Positions 1 through 10,429 of a DNA stretch of 64,000 nucleotides are shown piece after piece (positions within the stretch are counted from its first letter, which is position 1; each line of letters opens with the position of its first letter). This stretch comes from Massalongia carnosa (taxonomy: Eukaryota): the NCBI GenBank assembly GCA_965645245.1, contig OZ287073.1, positions 496,001-560,000 of the forward strand, in the 5' to 3' direction. Position numbers and translations under genes: made by a program. Under the pieces are notes generated by a model. It saw nothing but the letters and a program-made list of their open reading frames with translations, was not told the origin of the DNA and ran no database searches.

Positions 1-226
1 CTTGCATTTTTATGTTTGATAAGATGCTTCAAATATTCAATTGCTATCTTATCAGATGTAAAACCACTGTTCGAGGGCACGACATACGTGCCCTCGGGCA
101 CACCTTCTAAAAACCATGTGGCCATGATGTCATGACCCTGTACGATGATCATTGGAGGGGGGGGTATGAAATATAAATTCACTTTGTAGGTATAGTAGCA
201 TGATTATCATTGGAGGTGATTATCTA

Positions 227-642
227 TGTTGCGGAGGCTACGGATTATAGGGGTGGAAGTAGGAAACAACAGCAAAAAGTACGTGCGATGATCAAGCTGA
301 TCCAATGGCAGGCTACTAATGATTGATTGAAAATGACTGAGGCTATCTATGGGGGCATATAGCCCATTATATACCGCTGCCTGCCTTGAGCACGATTCTC
401 CCACTTTCTATGTGATCGGTCAGTCAAATGCTGATATGTAAGCTCGTCTTTGTCGGAGTTCCAAAGCTGACATATTTGCCTCATTATCAATCCACTGTAG
501 AATGTTCGAATGTCTCCTAGAATATCAGACGCGGGATGTTGATGATAAATCCCAAGGTGGCCAATCCAAATACTTCCAATAGCTAGTGCGCATTGGGGTT
601 AGTGCCATTTTCTATAAGCAGACATCTCGGCTATCCTCAACA
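227..642 (-). repeat. 3' LTR of copia-1
   Basis: Appears identical by eye to 3233-3648. Confidence 0.95.
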
Positions 643-670
643 CTCCCACTCCGAGAATGTCTGAATAACT

Positions 671-2290
671 TCATGCCCTCGCATATCCTCGACTATCCGT
701 GTCGTCTCCGGGGCCCGTCCCCAGGACCATGGGCCAAATGACCGATGTATGTTCCCCCCTCATTTCTAACCAATAATCTCTAGTCCCAGCCCGGCTCGGA
801 GCATTCAATAACGGCCCTCCGGGCCAGTCCTCGAAGAATTCGGGGGCCGCATGCCAGCCGATTTTCTTCGTAACGGGGTTATAGACTCGATACTGTTTCG
901 ACGAATGATAACCAACAAAAATTCCCTGAAATGACACGACATCCATTTTATCCCTTTTTTCACTGGGGATACGGGCATGCACCAAGCATCCGTAGGTTCG
1001 TATGTGATTCAGGTCCGGTTTTCGGCCATACCAGGCCTCATACGGGGTCATTTTTCCCCCGTGAGTATTCGTTGGTAGCCGATTTCTTAAATAATTGGCT
1101 ACCATCAGGGCCTCCCCCCAAAATTCTCTGGGTAATCCGGCCCATAATTGCATGGCCCTAACCATTTGCATTAGTGTCCGATTCATCCGCTCAGCGACCC
1201 CGTTTTGCTCGGGAGTGTACGGATCAGTAAATTCCATCAGAATGCCTTCATTCAAAAGGTCTTTTTTCAGAGCATGATATTCCTTGGCATTGTCGCTCCT
1301 AATCAGGGCCAGTTTTTCCCCTGTCTCGGCTTCGAATTTCGCTTTGTATCGATAGAAATTCTCCCTCAGGCTTGATCTGGGCCCGAAATACACCTCTGAC
1401 CGACGCGTGTAGTCGTCAATGAATGATAAAAAATACTGGGACCCCTGTAAATTCATTACTTTGTACGGGCCCCAATAGTCCGAGTATGTACGTTCCCCCC
1501 GGCGTGTGGCTTTTAATGGGGGCATTCGACTGATTATTTTCGTCATTTTGGTGTATTTGCAGGTGACGCATTTTTCGCCATCATGCTGATGCTTTATTGA
1601 ATTTCCGACTCCGGTGGTCAGAAATGGGAGCTTTTCAAGCCTCCCTGGTCCGACATGACCCATTCGGGCATGCCACAAAAGATATCCGTCCCGATTCGGA
1701 TTCGGAATATGCTTTTTCTTCGTCGTTATCATGTCGGTGACTAGGGCCACATCTTCTCTGGCAGGCCTCAATAAGTACGACGATCCAATCAGGACTCCCG
1801 TGGCCAGTAAGGCATCCCCTCGGGTTATTTCGACTCTATTCAGACCAAAGCGGACAGAAATTCCCTTTGTCTGAAGAGCTCGTATGGACAGAAGATTGGT
1901 GTCGAGCTCGGGGACGTATAACACCTCGGTTAATCGTATTTTCTCCCCGTTTCTCATCCGAATGAGAATATCTCCTCGACCAATTGACGAGATGACCGTT
2001 CCGTCGGCCACACGCACTGTCGTTCTAATCAACATCATGTTGACGAATATTCCCCTATCAGGGGTCATATGTCGACTCGCTCCGGAGTCAATAACCCATT
2101 CCTTGAGTTTTTCGAGTGGGACCGCGTCATCGTTTCGAGTCACCAGGGCAAATTCTTCCTGAGCAGGGACCGCGTCCTTATTTTGAGCCATCAGGCCAAA
2201 ATCTTCGACCACGGTAGCCGCACGGGCGTATTCCGAGTCGCTTTCTTCAGATCGGGCATCATTCTCCTGGGTCAGTCGTGCTTCGTCCGA
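671..2290 (-). CDS. Truncated copia pol: protease, GAG-pre-integrase, integrase
   Basis: Motifs WVIDSGASRHM, LWHARMGH, CVTC, SDYWGP, RSDNAKEY and PEQNGVAERMNRTL. No RT follows and the ORF runs into the 3' UTR. Confidence 0.9.
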   Translation of the reverse strand, partial: SDEARLTQENDARSEESDSEYARAATVVEDFGLMAQNKDAVPAQEEFALVTRNDDAVPLEKLKEWVIDSGASRHMTPDRGIFVNMMLIRTTVRVADGTVISSIGRGDILIRMRNGEKIRLTEVLYVPELDTNLLSIRALQTKGISVRFGLNRVEITRGDALLATGVLIGSSYLLRPAREDVALVTDMITTKKKHIPNPNRDGYLLWHARMGHVGPGRLEKLPFLTTGVGNSIKHQHDGEKCVTCKYTKMTKIISRMPPLKATRRGERTYSDYWGPYKVMNLQGSQYFLSFIDDYTRRSEVYFGPRSSLRENFYRYKAKFEAETGEKLALIRSDNAKEYHALKKDLLNEGILMEFTDPYTPEQNGVAERMNRTLMQMVRAMQLWAGLPREFWGEALMVANYLRNRLPTNTHGGKMTPYEAWYGRKPDLNHIRTYGCLVHARIPSEKRDKMDVVSFQGIFVGYHSSKQYRVYNPVTKKIGWHAAPEFFEDWPGGPLLNAPSRAGTRDYWLEMRGEHTSVIWPMVLGTGPGDDTDSRGYARA

Positions 2291-3180
2291 TTTCTTCGTT
2301 TTTCGGCCCCGACTCCCTGATGATTTCCCCGCCTCTTACTATCATTGGTTTGATAAGCATTTTCATTTTTCCGCTTGTGCTCTCGGCCCTCATCCGTTTT
2401 CAACCATTGAAAACAGTCCGTTTTTATGTGGCCAGCCTTATCACAATAGAAACATTTTCCAGTGAATTTTCGGCTAGATGAGGCCTTATTAGCGATTTCC
2501 GGGGTACTTATCTCATCTTTATTTCTTGATTCCACCTCCTTATACTTTTCTATAACCATGGTCATGGTTATTTCTCCTTTGTCTTCCAACAGGGCCCTAG
2601 CCATGGCGTACGGGGTCCCGTCAATTGAATCCATCAATATTCGAGCTAGAAGAAACTCCGACGGTTACTCCCCGGGTCGAATTTCGGCCATTACAGCAGC
2701 AATGGTTCGTAGCTCCGAAGCTATTTGCTCAACGGAGTCTGATGGGCCGGCTTTGTAACCACAAAGCCGTCTAGAAAGAGGTATAAGGCGTGTCAGTCCG
2801 ATATCCCTATGAATACGATTTAGTGTCTCCCACTGATCGTTGGCTGTGTCCAATCGGATGATGTGTTGAAGCTGTCTGTCATCTACGGCCGTCATGATGT
2901 ATGTCATGGCCGTAGCATTGTTAAATTCCTCTGCTTCCAGATCACTGGGCCGAGTCTCGTCCGGGCATACTATTCGTCCAATGACGATGCTCCAGAGCTT
3001 TTTACCTATCAGGTTATTCTTCATTATCTTACTCCATGTACGATAATTTTCCTCGGTTAGTTTGGGAACTTTAACATCCCTTACCCCTGCTCCGGACGTG
3101 ATCCGACCGTCGGCCCCATCTGATCTATCCTTGACCACGATTTCGGGGCCGGGCGTTTGTTGAGGGGTGGATGAAGACAT
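2272..3180 (-). pseudogene. Copia-1 gag with an in-frame stop and a frameshift
   Basis: PKLTEENYRTW N-terminus and CFYCDKAGHIKTDC zinc knuckle. TAA at 2665 lies between two same-frame ORFs, and the frame changes before pol. Confidence 0.88.
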
Positions 3181-3232
3181 TTCGAGTCGATTTTCAGACT
3201 GTTTTTCCTATTGGCTGACCGGGCTCATAACC

Positions 3233-3648
3233 TGTTGCGGAGGCTACGGATTATAGGGGTGGAAGTAGGAAACAACAGCAAAAAGTACGTGCGATGATCA
3301 AGCTGATCCAATGGCAGGCTACTAATGATTGATTGAAAATGACTGAGGCTATCTATGGGGGCATATAGCCCATTATATACCGCTGCCTGCCTTGAGCACG
3401 ATTCTCCCACTTTCTATGTGATCGGTCAGTCAAATGCTGATATGTAAGCTCGTCTTTGTCGGAGTTCCAAAGCTGACATATTTGCCTCATTATCAATCCA
3501 CTGTAGAATGTTCGAATGTCTCCTAGAATATCAGACGCGGGATGTTGATGATAAATCCCAAGGTGGCCAATCCAAATACTTCCAATAGCTAGTGCGCATT
3601 GGGGTTAGTGCCATTTTCTATAAGCAGACATCTCGGCTATCCTCAACA
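3233..3648 (-). repeat. 5' LTR of copia-1
   Basis: Direct repeat of 227-642, adjacent to the PBS. Confidence 0.95.
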
Positions 3649-4345
3649 ATCTATATGGGCTATTTGTCTGCTTTATATAGCAGTCACAAAACAGTCACAT
3701 CTAGGAGCCTAAACGGTCAGACCTTGTCTCCCCATATTTACTTGATTAGGCACCCTGACGATCAGACCTTGACTCCCATATCTGCTTTTTTTTTGGCAAT
3801 TTGCAAGGCACCTCCCGAGGCTCACGATAGATGCCTATGTTAGTGGTAGTCTGACCATCTAACCGATGGTACCCTTGCCATTTAACAGGGGGATAGTCGC
3901 CGGCAGCATTGATAGTCTCAATAACTGTCGCAGATCTGCGATTTTCCGGGCTGACGGCGTAGAATTGTTTGATTTCCTCAGGAACAATGATTTCCTGACC
4001 CCTCATGCATCCAACCCGAAAACCAGCTTCATCAAAGTTCAAAATGTTCCGACTTTTTCGAATTTTCAACTCTTTCAATACCTCTCTATACCTTTCAAAC
4101 AATTCTATCACATCTGATTCTTGGGCAGCTTCATAACGAATCATTGCTAGTGGTTTTGTCTTTATTTTATGAAGTTTGTTACATTTCCACCAGCTCCGAA
4201 ACCATCTTCTTGACAGGCTTACCTCGAGGGGGTAATGGGCCTTTTTCAGACTTACAATAGCCTTGAAAACTATCTGATGTGTAGGAAGAATTCCATGCAT
4301 CAATAAGGACTTAATAAAGCCAGTAATTGACCTTGCCTCATGCTC

Positions 4346-4516
4346 TGTGACGAAGCGAGATAGTGAATAGATTTCTACCATTGCGCCACCTGTCCTTCCC
4401 GACCAAAAGGCACAATACTTAGTCCGCAGACCAAGCTCTATTCTACTATAACTGGGTCTCCTGCTATGTTTGCTGTAGGTCCTGCCGTCCGCACCACGCT
4501 TGGTCGAACCGTTACA
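4346..4516. repeat. Solo LTR (family B, 171 bp)
   Basis: TGTGACG..CGTTACA with TSD TGCTC on both sides. A second copy lies at 46765-46934. Confidence 0.9.
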
Positions 4517-4630
4517 TGCTCCCTCAGTATCTGATTTTGTCCTCCATTTTTCCTCCCTTCTGGTCGACGAATGGAAGACGTTGATATTGTAGATTCTAGC
4601 TGCAGTCGTTTTACTTTCTTTGTGATGATT

Positions 4631-5114
4631 TGAAACGGGGAGACCTTCTCCCAGCAGGCATTCACTACTGGAAGATGGGATCCACAGGGGCTACACAACG
4701 TGATGGTCACAATAGAGGTACAAATAGGTAGGGTCGGGTCAAAGGGTAGACTAAATGCTACCCTTTTAAAGTGCTTGATCATTGATCTATATAGGATATG
4801 ACGATCCATAACCTAAGCTCTTCTTCCATACCTTGCCCATACTACCTGGTATTTTCGGACTCCGAAATACTTCGGACACCGAAAGACACGGGTAGATAAG
4901 ACTAGGCAGGTGAGCTAGGGGAGGTGAGGCGAGGCGAGGGGATACTTCGTGTACTACGAAAACACCTCCATAATAAGTTAAGTCCCCACACTATGCCTAA
5001 CTGTGTTAGGCGGGACCTTATTGTCTTGGTGGTTGTTTTGGCTGTACATATCCCACATAGCCACATAGGCCAGTCTTACGTTCAACGAACGCATACTTGG
5101 CCTACCCTATTACA
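4631..5114. repeat. Solo LTR (family C, 484 bp)
   Basis: TGAAACGGG..CCCTATTACA with TSD TGATT (4626-4630, 5115-5119). It interrupts the pogo transposase N-terminus. Confidence 0.88.
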
Positions 5115-5563
5115 TGATTTGTCAGAAATTCCTTCGCCTTTTCCAATCTTTCCATGGGGTTGAGAGTGGAGACAAGGGAGGCGTCGTTATCCATGATACG
5201 AAAGGGGAGATTGGTTTGGGGGATTGATTCGAGAGGAAAGAATTTGAATTGATGATCAGTTGGGTCGGAGAAATAATTTTCAAGCTATGTACGGTATCGG
5301 CTGATTTTTAATCAATATGGTTGTTGGTCAATAATCAAAAAGGTGAAGAAATTTGAATTTGGGGGGATGCAACCGCTTTCCCCGACTAAAATGCGGTCGA
5401 CATTTTTTCAAGTCGGATCCCGGAGGTAAGCGAGCCGACGATTACAACGATAAAGAATTAAATGTAATTTTTAAAATACGTATTAAATTGCGTCGCGCGA
5501 TTTTGTTTGTAATTGATTTCGAATAAATATACAATATTATTTATTATCTATTATTATGTATTT

Positions 5564-5911
5564 TGAAACGGGGAGACCTTCTCCCAGCAGGTATTCACTA
5601 CTGGAAGATAGGATCCACAGGGGCTTCACAAAGTAATAGTCACAATAGAGGTATAAAATAGGTTGGGTCGGGTCAAAGGGTAGATTAAATGCTACCCTTT
5701 TGAAGTGCTTGATAATTGATCTATATAGAATAGGTCAATCCAAAACCTAAGCTCTTTTTCCGTACCTTGCCCATACTACCTGGTATTTTCGGTCACCGGA
5801 ACACTTGGGTAGATGAGACTAGGCAGGCGAGCTAAGGGAGTTGAGGCGAGGCGAGGGGATACTTCGTGTATTACGAAAACACCTGTAGAATAAGTTAAGT
5901 CCCTATACTAT
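5564..5911. repeat. Truncated second family-C LTR
   Basis: Diverged direct repeat of 4631-4994 that stops exactly at the hAT TIR at 5912. Confidence 0.85.
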
Positions 5912-6018
5912 TACGCCGCGGAATGGGTTGGGTTATTAAAATAAGAACCCAACCCAATGGGTTTTGGGTTGGGTTGGATTATCGTTGGGTTACCCAACAG
6001 AAAAGGGTACTGATATAT

Positions 6019-6985
6019 GGACACCCCATCCGCTACCTAGACACACCCTCTCCGGCTACCTAGACACACCCCTTCCGGCTATCTAGACACCCCACACAAA
6101 AAAATTCTAGGGGTAGGGCTGGACCCCTCCCTAAACCTCATTAGGATAAGCGATTGAAAATTTTTCGCCCACGTTCAAAATTTGAATTGAAAAGTATATG
6201 CACATCTCTCATGGACAGCAATTGCCTTGATGAAATGGAGTCGATTGGCATCATCTTCATGAATCAGACTCTGATTTCATGCCACTAAACTTCATTCGGT
6301 ATCGCCCCTTCTTGATTTGTAGCAGCGCCCCTTGCCCGAGATGCCCAACCTCGTCTCCGCCCTCTTCCCCGTCCCTGTTCCTGTCCCTGTCCCGATTCCT
6401 GTCGCTGTCGCTGTCCCTGTCCTCGTGCTCGTACCCTCCGCCCGCGTCCCCGCCCTGGAGCTGGATCAGCTCGATGTACGACAGCTTCCACGTCCGGAGC
6501 CACCTCCCCGCCTTGTAGATCAGCTATTTCCGCCTCAATCCGTTCGAATAAGGAAGATTCCCGCAGGGTGGAAGCTTCAAAGACTTGTTGTCTTCTGTTT
6601 TCGGAACCTCGAGGGCGTCCGCGAGGTCGCACGACAGCGGGATCCTGCACCGCCAGCAAGGGATCATTATCATCAGCTGGAAGGTCTCTTTCAAATCTAG
6701 ATTTAGAATTAGTTAAATTCAACAATGTTTGATCAAAACCCACCTCCAATGAGGATGGACATCCTCCAACAACAAAACACCGTCATCGTACAGTCGTTCC
6801 TGAATTCTGTGACTACAGGGCAGGCCGGTGACAGTAGTAAAGACCTCGGTGCAGGCCCTGATCGCCGTTGGTTGATCAACCAACAAACTGTACTGACCAA
6901 GAATTTTTCGAAGTGCAAACGGGGTGACCCGACTCGCCAAACGTTGGAAAATCGGTTTGCGCAAGTCGGTAGGATAGCGATCCTT
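6019..6985 (-). pseudogene. Mutator/MULE transposase C-terminal fragment with terminal repeats
   Basis: CTEVFTTVTGLPCSH..EDVHPHW and DPAVVRPRGRPRGS..STLRESSLFE resemble fungal MULE C-termini. Tandem ctacctagacacaccc repeats at 6019-6093. Confidence 0.65.
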
Positions 6986-7389
6986 AGACTATCACAATTC
7001 ATATGCTATCTTCTATCGAATATCGAAGTATGTCGCCCATTCATCGCTTCCTATTCAAAACTCGTAAAGAAAGTCTCTCGCCATCTCTTCCTTTACTCTC
7101 CACCTTCTTGTCACCCCCACCCTCTCCACCCCCCTCCTCTACCTCATCCTCCACCACACCCTCCTCCTCCTCCTCCTCCACCTCATCCACTACACCCTCT
7201 TCCTCCTCCTCCTTCTCCTCAACCTCATCCACCATACCCTCCTCTATCATACCCTCCTTCACCTCCTCGCTTGATGGAAGCCTACCCCTTCTTGTGCGCG
7301 TTGCAATCCTCTTATTCCTATCGCGTTGCTCGGAAATGGAGTTTCTGTTATTGTAAGTTCGTTTCTTACTTTTCTGTAGAATAATTAGC

Positions 7390-9990
7390 TCAAGAAGACA
7401 CGAAAGTAAGTGAATCGATGCTTACATCTCGCGCCGAGACCTGCTCAACCTGCGATGACCCGATCTGCGTTAACTGGTCCTCGTCATTGTTATCGTCTTC
7501 TTCATCTGTAATGTAGACCTTCTGAAAAACCTGTGTTAGGTCTTCATGTCGCCTTTGCATCTCATTAGTCAAATCCTCAAGACTCATGCTTTCTTCTTCT
7601 TCCAAATCTAAGTGTAAACTTGCATCTGCATTCTCCTTCTGATCGTAGAAACGAACCATCATAATCGCGGAGAATGTATCCGGATGAAAATTCTTGCGAT
7701 GATCGTAAAGGGCTCCCGCAACGCTAAAAACGCGCTCACATCCAACGCCAGCGGCTGGTACAGCAAGGATGTCCCTGGCAACCATACTCATTTGTGGAAA
7801 TTCCGGCTCGAGATCTTTCCACTGTTGTAGAATAGGACCCGAACGATCATGCATCGCTGTGTATTGTAAATAAGTTGAACACAATGAGAAAAGACCTGAT
7901 TTATTGTATCAGTTAACCTACCTCGCTGACGATAGCAGTTGAACTCGTCATCTAGAGCGAGCGGAGTAGCATTATTCGTACTCAGAAGAAGATCCAGATT
8001 ATTCAAGTCTCGAATGACCGCGACATTACGCCCGCGTACTTGTGAGGTTTGAGAATTCTCGTAGATATCGAATTCCGCTTCCAGAGATTGCCAATCTTCC
8101 CATCGACTTTCCCCATAGGGCGCATCCCAATTGGGACCCTTGAAAATTAGGTCCTTCTTATTGGGAGATAGCAATGCCGCCTTTCCATATAGATAACCTA
8201 ATGACCCCTGAGTTTTAGAATAGTATTGACGTAATTTCGTTGCAGCCGCCTCGATGCCATTCAATAGCGCACGTTTCCACGATACTCGCTTACGAGATAA
8301 TCTTGCGCGAGCTTGATCCAGATGATCGAACAGCTTATTGTAGATCTCGAACACCTGATGAATGGTCGGTTGTTTTGATTGACCAAGCATCTTTGTGAAG
8401 ACGCAGAATAGCTTCGTTAAATCGATAAGATATTCTATCTGTGACCATTCCACGTCGAGCAATCTCAAATACTCGGCTTCATGTTTATCATGATATTTTT
8501 TCAGCGCTTGTCGCAACTTGAGCGCTCGAATTAACATGTGACATGTGGAGTCCCATCGAGTATTTACATCTTGAAAAAGCTTTAGTACTGTACCGCTGAC
8601 CGAGTTTCCAGTGCGTCTCTCTTCGTCATTCAATGCTCGTTGAACAGCGTAGAAGTTCTCCTTACATAAATTGCTACTGTTAATGTAAACAGCTAATGCT
8701 CGAACCTAATCGAAATTTAGAACGACTACCACAACGACTACCACAAAATAAATCTTGCCTTAGCTAGCGTAAGGGGAACTCCAGGTGTCGGGTTTTCGAA
8801 ATCTCATCTATCTTGCTTATCATCCCAGCTAGTTTTGAAATCGGCATTTTTGGGATTAATGTGAATACACCCAAGTAGCTGTTTCACGGCAAGTTGAATT
8901 ACATGCGATAAACAAGGCACTCGCTGTATCTCATTAGCATCAGTGTGTAGAAGTGCCAAGGCTCGATTGCTTCGTATCATTCGTCGCAACTCATCTACCA
9001 TCGTTGTGTTATTAGATGCACTGTCCGTGGTTAATGCCAAAACATGATCTTCAATAGAATGTCTAATTAAAACGCTGTTCAACACTTCAGCAAGTTTTAT
9101 TCCCGTGTGTGAGCCTTCAACGTGTTCGAAGGCAAGAAGCACTTCGTGATAATTCCATTTATCGTCAATGAAGTAAGCATTGATGGCCAGATAACCTTGA
9201 CGATTAAATGACGCCCAATAATCCAAAGCCAGAGAGACCTTTGAACTACCCCTAGGTAGCCTCTCGAGCAAAAGCGGAATAATCTCTTGACTTCGGGTCA
9301 TCAAGCGATTCTTGATTGTCGATGGTGAAGGAAACTGTACATTATCGAGCAGACAGTTGAACGCTCTTTGCAATTCGACATTGGCGACACTTCGTAACGG
9401 TAGCCCAAGAGCAACAATCATACGAAGCAATTGAGGCGTGAAATCATCCTTTTTTAGTCTACGCCCGTTGAGAGTTAAGGCCTCTTGTCTTTTTGCTTCA
9501 ATCTAATATTGATTAGCAAAGCACGTAATATGGTAGTCATTGTGGTAGTCATACTTCGGCACGATATCCAACCTTTAAGGAAAGTTGCTTCACTCCTTTC
9601 AATGTCGACGTCTTTTTACAGGACTCGGAATTTAAGTGATTAGTCATGCAGTTATTTCCGGAGCCCAGTGAGGGATGAGTCAAGACCAGGGAGCATCGCG
9701 AGCAGATTATTTTGGGATTACCATCGCCCACAGTGGCGCCTTCCTGAAACTCTTTCCATTCCGCCGCCTTTCTTTTGGTCGATCCCCAATCGATCTTCTT
9801 CATCGCCTTTCTACTCTTCTCTTCATTTAGCAAAATGCCATCTCGTACTTCGCCACCATTCCATAAACTCCTCGCTCTTCTCGGCCACATATGCGTAGCA
9901 TCTGGTGGGTTTGCCCACAACTTGAAGATCGTATATCTCTGAATCTATCATCTGCGAGCTGCTCATTGTTGCGAATGACGAGGATTGTAT
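7390..9990 (-). pseudogene. hAT transposase, multi-exon, with at least one premature stop
   Basis: BED-like CSRC..HL, SLALDYW, TTDSASNN, PCLSHVIQL, QDVNTRWDST and the dimerisation motif ARDILAVPAAGVGCERVFS. Probable short introns near 9504-9553, 8706-8758 and 7857-7921. TGA at 8804. Confidence 0.9.
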
Positions 9991-10257
9991 ATATAGGAAT
10001 GTATATATAGGATGTAGCAGTAGGAATGTAGCTGTAGGAATGTAACTTCATTGACTAGATTATGCTGCGATAAAGCATTAATAACTACGTTTACATTCTA
10101 AACACTCAGTCAAATCCAACGCATGCATATATATTCCACATAAACTAGCCAACCCAACCTAGTCATACTGAACCTAACCATACCCAACCTAACCTAGTTG
10201 CCACGCGCGACCACTGGTAACCTGTCTGCTTGCCTGCTTGCCTGTTTGCTTTTAGAT

Positions 10258-10401
10258 ATGGCACCGAAGACTCCGCGCAAGCGTACGCGCAAACATGCGC
10301 GAATTCCAAACCGAACACTCGACAGAATACACGGACCAGGTGCCAGAACTGGTGCGATAAGAAAACCAACCACCAGGAAGAGTATGCCTGGTGGTAAGTA
10401 G
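10258..10401 (+). CDS. Small basic ORF (47 aa) divergent from the hAT transposase, function unknown
   Basis: MAPKTPRKRTRKHARIPNRTLDRIHGPGARTGAIRKPTTRKSMPGGK. A GTAAGT donor sits at its end and a CTAAC branch site lies just beyond the Fot1 insertion. Confidence 0.35.
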   Translation: MAPKTPRKRTRKHARIPNRTLDRIHGPGARTGAIRKPTTRKSMPGGK

Positions 10402-10429
10402 ATGGTATAGTTTGAGAATACATAAGATA

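Larger units (their letters stand above)
227..3648 (-). mobile_element. Ty1/copia element (copia-1), internally deleted, lacking RT and RNase H
   Basis: 416-bp TGTTG..CAACA LTRs at 227-642 and 3233-3648. TSD ATCTA at 222-226 and 3649-3653. On the minus strand the PBS GGTTATGAGCCC is at 3221-3232 and the PPT CTCGGAGTGGGAG at 643-655. Confidence 0.95.
165..3887. repeat. Solo LTR (family A) interrupted by copia-1
   Basis: 165-226 plus 3654-3887 ends in AACA and is flanked by GGGGG (160-164, 3888-3892). It is homologous to 49306-49626 (ttcactttgtaggtat, tatatagcagtcac). Confidence 0.75.
1..5442 (-). mobile_element. Pogo/Fot1-family DNA transposon (copy 1), split by three LTR insertions; runs off the window start
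   Basis: Transposase pieces rejoin after removing the inserts: ATG at 5155 (MERLEKAKEFL), GGQNQILREH|EARSITGFIKS across 4346-4516, NFDEAGFRVG in ORF 3746-4381, and PPPMIIVQG..VPSNSGFTSDKIAIEYLKH at 1-164. All are colinear with the 14231-15643 transposase. The end at 5372-5442 (accgctttccccgacta..ccgacgat|TA) matches the TIR of the 13073-15924 element. Confidence 0.85.

Noticed and set aside
72..96. Perfect 9-bp-stem hairpin CGAGGGCAC..GTGCCCTCG
   Set aside because: It lies inside transposase coding sequence, has no TSD, and is plausibly chance.
207..404. Duplicated 61-65 aa ORF (also 3225-3410)
   Set aside because: It is a by-product of the two LTR copies and has no recognisable motif.
4631..5911. 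Direct repeats as the two LTRs of one small element, or as SINEs
   Set aside because: The first copy has its own TSD and the intervening DNA is the pogo 5' end, so these are independent LTR insertions.
6725..7384. Pro-, Ser- and Glu-rich ORFs (also near 11840, 13490 and 49080)
   Set aside because: Alternative frames over trinucleotide-rich tracts.
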